From positions 48,246-112,245 of the IMG/VR virus record IMGVR_UViG_3300046314_000148: DNA of 64,000 nt; one strand, given 5' to 3'. This document shows, piece after piece, positions 59,294 through 64,000 of the stretch. The notes under the pieces were generated by a model. That model was not told where the DNA came from. It saw nothing but the letters and a program-made list of their open reading frames with translations, and searched no databases. This DNA is from a virus. Within the stretch, counting starts at the first letter, position 1; each line of letters opens with the position of its first letter. The position numbers and the translations under genes were made by a program.

Positions 59294-60430
59294 ATGTCGG
59301 AAGAAATTAAGAAAAACAATCCAGATTCATCAGGTAATGATTCTGGTCTATTTAATGGAGAAGGTGCGTTTGCATCTGGTTCAGAAGCTGGAGCTAACAT
59401 CCCAGGTAACTATGCTACAGCAGGTGTCCTTGGAAACATTGCTACAGCGAACCTAGGTACAACCTCTGGTCCAAATGCTATTAACCCTTCAGGTGAGGCA
59501 GGTTCAGGTATCCTACGCCCAGAGCAGGCACGTCGTTTTATTGACTACGTGTGGGATGCCACTATTCTCGCCAAGGATGGTCGCAGAGTAACAATGCGAG
59601 CAAACACCATGGAACTCGAGAAGGTTAATGTTGGAGAGCGTGTTATCCGTGCAGCAGCACAGGCTAACGGTGACTACACTAACACTGGAGCAACATTCTC
59701 AAAGGTAGAGCTTACCACCAAGAAGATTCGCTTGGACTGGGAAGTATCTGCTGAATCACTAGAAGACGGAATTGAAGGAGGTGCCCTTGAAGATCACCTA
59801 GTTCGTTTGATGACAAACGCTTTTGCTAATGACATCGAAGATCTAGCTATCAATGGTACTGGAGATTCTGGCGACGGTGCATTCCTTGGAATTATGCAAG
59901 GATTCACTGACAAGGTAACCACCAACGGCGACGCACACGAAGCTGTTGTAACTGTTGCAGACAACGCATGGACAACCGATGCAATGCAGAAGATTATTCT
60001 TGCAATGCCTCGCAAGTACCGTGCACTAAAGTCTAACTTGAAGTTCTACGCTGGAACCGATGCGTTCCAGGGTATCATCAAGAACAACGGTACTTTGGCT
60101 GACGCTATTGCTGAGGCATTTGCAGGTACTCCTGCAGGTACTCCAGCTAACCGCCAGGCATACCTTGACGGTGGAGCTCAAACATTCGGTGGAGCACGTA
60201 CAACCCGTGTTCTAGGCATTGATGTTCAGGAAGTTCCTTACTACCCTGCAGGTTATGTAGACCTTACATTCCCTCAGAACCGTGTATGGGGATTCCAGAG
60301 AGACATCACTGTAAACCGTGAGTACAAGCCAAAGAAGGACACCATTGAGTACACCGTATTCGTACGTTTCGGTATTCAGTGGGAAGAAGAGGACGCCATT
60401 GCGTTCGCTGATGCTGGTGCAGAGAGCTAA
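59294..60430 (+). CDS. Major capsid protein (HK97 fold)
   Basis: Position after protease; GILRPEQARRFID, DIEDLAING; GGAGG RBS; followed by terminator. Confidence 0.9.
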   Translation: MSEEIKKNNPDSSGNDSGLFNGEGAFASGSEAGANIPGNYATAGVLGNIATANLGTTSGPNAINPSGEAGSGILRPEQARRFIDYVWDATILAKDGRRVTMRANTMELEKVNVGERVIRAAAQANGDYTNTGATFSKVELTTKKIRLDWEVSAESLEDGIEGGALEDHLVRLMTNAFANDIEDLAINGTGDSGDGAFLGIMQGFTDKVTTNGDAHEAVVTVADNAWTTDAMQKIILAMPRKYRALKSNLKFYAGTDAFQGIIKNNGTLADAIAEAFAGTPAGTPANRQAYLDGGAQTFGGARTTRVLGIDVQEVPYYPAGYVDLTFPQNRVWGFQRDITVNREYKPKKDTIEYTVFVRFGIQWEEEDAIAFADAGAES

Positions 60431-60450
60431 TCTCTAATCAGTACCTTTTA

Positions 60451-60485
60451 GGGGGGCAGGAGTTTCGGCTCCTGCCTCCTTTTTA
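60451..60485 (+). terminator. Intrinsic terminator
   Basis: GGGGGGCAGGAG-TTTCGG-CTCCTGCCTCC-TTTTT. Confidence 0.85.
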
Positions 60486-60520
60486 ATTAGTCTGTTATAA
60501 TTAATATTTAGGAGGTTATT

Positions 60521-61021
60521 ATGTCAGAAGATCTAAATAACAAAGCAAAAGAGGCAAAGATTGCCAAAGAAGAAATCATCGAAGATTCTAAAATTGAAGA
60601 CATTGTTCTAGAAGTAGAAGAAGATGTTGTAGAAGAGCTAGCAGAAGAGCTAGTAGAAGAGCTACAGGAAGAGCTAGAGATTCCTAAGATAGAGGAAGCA
60701 CCAGCTGTCTCTCCAAATGTTATTGCTACACCAAAGCCAGTAGCTTCAGAGAAGCCAGGTCTAGGATACCTAGAGAATGGCGTCATGGGTTCAACTACTG
60801 TCCCAAAGAACTTTGACAAGAAGCCAGCCAAGTCTCCATCTCTAAAGAAGGAGTCAGAGAAGGTAGCCGTTCACTCAACCAAGAATGTAACTTGGAGCGA
60901 AGTTGGTAAGGTGTACCGTGGTTACAATATTGTAACAAAAGAGCAAGCAGATAAGTGGCTTACTCGTGACCACATCAGACTAGCGACCCCAGAAGAGGTT
61001 GCCAAGGAGTTTAAGAACTAA
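60521..61021 (+). CDS. Acidic hypothetical head-associated protein
   Basis: AGGAGG RBS; Glu-rich N-terminus. Confidence 0.6.
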   Translation: MSEDLNNKAKEAKIAKEEIIEDSKIEDIVLEVEEDVVEELAEELVEELQEELEIPKIEEAPAVSPNVIATPKPVASEKPGLGYLENGVMGSTTVPKNFDKKPAKSPSLKKESEKVAVHSTKNVTWSEVGKVYRGYNIVTKEQADKWLTRDHIRLATPEEVAKEFKN

Positions 61022-61929
61022 TGGAAATTTTGAGGGTTCCACCATATCCTATTACGACTACCTGGGATTTGCCAGATGCCAACTACGATTACATCGTCTA
61101 CGTCGAGGATTTGGTGGACCACTCAATTGAAGAAACGACCATTACTTCAAGCTCCACTGGAGTCGTGACATACACTCTTCCAGCATCAAAGGTTCAGTTC
61201 GATAGACAGTTCCTTATCAGATTCTATGATACAGAGCACGAGCACATCATCTACGAGTCAAACTTGGATGTCATTCGTCCATACACCAACCCAAATGAAC
61301 TGGGCACAACAGCCACAGAGATCAGGGAATATAAGAAGTGGGAGCTGATTGCTCGTTCACTTATTGACACATACACCAGCATTGGGTTCTATAACCACAA
61401 GTCAATTTTGCAGGTAGTCGGTAATGGCCTAGACTATATGCCAGTATGGAGAGATGCAAACCGTGTTCTTAAGGTATACGAGAATAACGTTCTAATTTAC
61501 GACATCGATACTCCAGATACCAATGCCTTTAACTATAGAGTAACCCTAGACAACTCTGCAATAGTCAAAGAGTTTACTGGACAGACTAACCTAATTACTA
61601 CCCCATCCCCAACACTTCCAATATCTCGTGGAGACTATGTCTACGACGATAGAAACTATGGAACTTTTGCAAAGGGTGCAGACTACCTATTCGTTCTAGA
61701 CGAGGGCTTTCGTGCTATACCACCAGACATCCAGTATGCTACCGAAATGCTCATGGACGATCTGAAGTGCGGAAAGCTAGACTACTACCAGCGTTACGTG
61801 ACATCCTATAACACTGACCAGTTTAGGCTACAGTTCGACAAGGCAATGCTCAATGGAACAGGGAACGTAATAGTAGACAAGATACTTGATAAGTACATGA
61901 AGTCTATTACTAAAGTCGGAGTTCTATAG
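61021..61929 (+). CDS. Putative head-tail adaptor
   Basis: ARSLIDTYT...IPPDIQYAT...TGNVIVDKILDKY; synteny. Confidence 0.65.
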   Translation: MEILRVPPYPITTTWDLPDANYDYIVYVEDLVDHSIEETTITSSSTGVVTYTLPASKVQFDRQFLIRFYDTEHEHIIYESNLDVIRPYTNPNELGTTATEIREYKKWELIARSLIDTYTSIGFYNHKSILQVVGNGLDYMPVWRDANRVLKVYENNVLIYDIDTPDTNAFNYRVTLDNSAIVKEFTGQTNLITTPSPTLPISRGDYVYDDRNYGTFAKGADYLFVLDEGFRAIPPDIQYATEMLMDDLKCGKLDYYQRYVTSYNTDQFRLQFDKAMLNGTGNVIVDKILDKYMKSITKVGVL

Positions 61930-62384
61930 TGCACACTGCGACCACAGAGACCACAGATTTTACTTTTCCAATGTGCATGGATATCTTTTATCCTACAATT
62001 GAGCAGGGGTCTCTAGGAAACATCAAGAAGCACTGGATCCACGATCGAACTGCTGCATGTTCAGTGTCTACAGCTGGTTCTGCATTCAAGGAGGAAGTGA
62101 CTCCAAATGTTAATATTAAGCAAGAGCTAATAGTCCTTGGAAGATTAAGAACAGATATTAGAATTTCGGCTAGAGAGTCTAACAACGCCATCACCAACGT
62201 TATTGTTAGCAACATCAAGGACAGATCTGGGCAAAGTGTCTACAATGAGACAGCAGGACCAAGAGCTGGCAAGGCGACTATATTTGAAGTGGCAACCGTA
62301 GAACCATTTGTTGGCCCATTTGGATCAATAGAGTATTACAAGATAGTCCTGCGTAGATCAGAGAACCAGGCGGCAGACATTTAA
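61929..62384 (+). CDS. Putative head closure/stopper protein
   Basis: Synteny and size. Confidence 0.5.
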   Translation: MHTATTETTDFTFPMCMDIFYPTIEQGSLGNIKKHWIHDRTAACSVSTAGSAFKEEVTPNVNIKQELIVLGRLRTDIRISARESNNAITNVIVSNIKDRSGQSVYNETAGPRAGKATIFEVATVEPFVGPFGSIEYYKIVLRRSENQAADI

Positions 62385-63052
62385 TGATATCTGTTAAGGT
62401 CAACAATAAAAAGTTTATGAGAGATATGAACAACCTCATGGGATACAGTATTGGGTTTATGACAGGGGTAAAGCGTGGCCAGGGGGTGTTCCTAAAAGGC
62501 TTTGGAGAGACCGTAGTCGAAGCATTAAAGCTTTATGTAGATTCTAACGCTAGAGTGTCTCCACAGCTCCTACACCACGTCTACGAGTGGAATGAGACTG
62601 GCTCTCCAGAAGCTAGACTATTCGATATCAAGTATTTGGTTACTGGTGTTGGGCTATCTGTTAATTCTAAGTTCTCCCAGTCTAAATCTGTAAAAGCTGG
62701 ATCAAAGGTTCCATTTTACGATAAGGCAAGGATTATGGAAGAGGGTATCCCAGTAACCATAGTTCCAAAGAGCAAGGTACTTGCATTTACCGTAGATGGC
62801 CAAGACGTATTTTCGAGCACACCAGTAACCGTATCAAGCCCAGGAGGAGATGTCAAAGGGGAATACGAAAGAGTATTTGACAGCTTCTTTAAGCTTTATT
62901 TTAAACAATCATTTTTAGCATCTACTGGAATTCTGACGTACCTAGAAAATCCTGTTGATTTTGCAAAGAACTTCTCTAGAGGAAAATCTGGTGGGTACAA
63001 TACTGGGCTCAGCGTCGGAGCCCGATGGATCGCAAAGGCAGGAATCTTATAA
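62384..63052 (+). CDS. Putative neck/tail completion protein
   Basis: Synteny. Confidence 0.45.
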   Translation: MISVKVNNKKFMRDMNNLMGYSIGFMTGVKRGQGVFLKGFGETVVEALKLYVDSNARVSPQLLHHVYEWNETGSPEARLFDIKYLVTGVGLSVNSKFSQSKSVKAGSKVPFYDKARIMEEGIPVTIVPKSKVLAFTVDGQDVFSSTPVTVSSPGGDVKGEYERVFDSFFKLYFKQSFLASTGILTYLENPVDFAKNFSRGKSGGYNTGLSVGARWIAKAGIL

Positions 63053-63681
63053 TGGCAATATCTTATCCACCAATTTTTATTAACGCTTATTTAGCAGACA
63101 AGGTGCCTTCGGCTTTGGGCACAGGAAGATTCTCCAGAGACACCATGAGATTCTTTCCAACGCTGCCTACAGATATCAACTCACTGACAGAAACATTCCC
63201 AGACGTTGCAAATGACGTTTTTGCGGTATATGACAGAATGTTTAAGATGCGTAGACGAGCATTCCCACACATAAAGGACGAGCAGTTGCTTTATTATTTC
63301 TACAAGATGCATGGAGATCCTGTTGATCTAATCGAAACATCTCAGGTAGTCCAGGACCTCCTAGATCGTGGAGATGAGTCAGCCCAGGAGTTGAACGAGT
63401 GGCTTAGAGATAAACAGGCTTCCTCAAGCCCATTGGTAGATGATCGTGGAGATAAGTATCCGCTAGTCTACTTCCATGATATCAAGATCTACCAGCTGGA
63501 AGAGACTAGAGACATCATAGACTTTGGTACAGCTAGAACGTTTGCTGGTAACAAGATAATTATTGACTATTGCTATCACTCTGTTGGCTATCCAAAAGGC
63601 AATCCAGTAGAAGATTTTGACCCTGCACGTCCACGCTATGAAGATGCTAGTAACGACACCTACAATGGCACAGCCCTGTAG
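63052..63681 (+). CDS. Putative tail terminator protein
   Basis: Synteny, immediately upstream of tail tube gene. Confidence 0.45.
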   Translation: MAISYPPIFINAYLADKVPSALGTGRFSRDTMRFFPTLPTDINSLTETFPDVANDVFAVYDRMFKMRRRAFPHIKDEQLLYYFYKMHGDPVDLIETSQVVQDLLDRGDESAQELNEWLRDKQASSSPLVDDRGDKYPLVYFHDIKIYQLEETRDIIDFGTARTFAGNKIIIDYCYHSVGYPKGNPVEDFDPARPRYEDASNDTYNGTAL

Positions 63682-63755
63682 TCATAAATGCTGGTATACT
63701 TAGACTTGAGGAAACAACGCTCTCTAATTCCATAAAGAAAAAGAGGTGAATTATT

Positions 63756-64000
63756 ATGGCATATACACGTGGAACAAGTGCTAACATCATTGTTGGTGCA
63801 GCAGCACTTTTTACATACGAAGCAGGTACACTAACTGACTCGGACCTACCAGCGTACGCAACTGGGACTTCTTTCAAGGAGACCTTGTCAAACGACTCTG
63901 ATTTCCGTAACGTTGGTTACACTTCGAACGGTCTAGAACTACAGTTCCAGCCAGACTTCGGTGAAGTCCAGGTTGACCAGGTTCTTGACGTTGCAAAGCT
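63756..64000 (+). CDS. Major tail (tube) protein, 3'-truncated
   Basis: Own translation MAYTRGTSANIIVGAA...FRNVGYTSNGLELQFQPDFGEVQVDQ; GAGGTG RBS. Confidence 0.75.
   Translation, partial: MAYTRGTSANIIVGAAALFTYEAGTLTDSDLPAYATGTSFKETLSNDSDFRNVGYTSNGLELQFQPDFGEVQVDQVLDVAK

Overview
A 64-kb segment of a large tailed dsDNA phage, almost certainly infecting Actinobacteria (WhiB, NrdH, an actinobacterial LTAxDRCDxCGAQAY Zn-finger protein, pervasive leaderless TANNNT-N6-ATG genes). 1-24 kb: auxiliary and metabolic genes (APS-kinase fusion, SNase, WhiB, Dps, GroES, ThyX, dNMP kinase, sugar-nucleotide enzymes, several glycosyltransferases, two sulfotransferase-like proteins, 2OG-Fe(II) oxygenase) with 11 tRNAs, one tRNA-like RNA and candidate ncRNAs. 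24-25.2 kb: AT-rich mostly non-coding region with repeats and DnaA boxes. 25.2-36.5 kb: probable early region of small, mostly minus-strand genes, cut into blocks by a repeated ~49-bp quasi-palindromic element, carrying 11 copies of a TGTCNG-N10-TANNNT promoter (mycobacterial PafBC/RecA-NDp geometry) and 3 copies of a covarying RNA pseudoknot. 38.5-64 kb: virion module (fibre and accessory proteins, NlpC/P60, portal, prohead protease/scaffold, major capsid, head-tail proteins, start of major tail protein). No terminase, polymerase, integrase or CRISPR array seen. All calls are from visual motif recognition; no database search was run.
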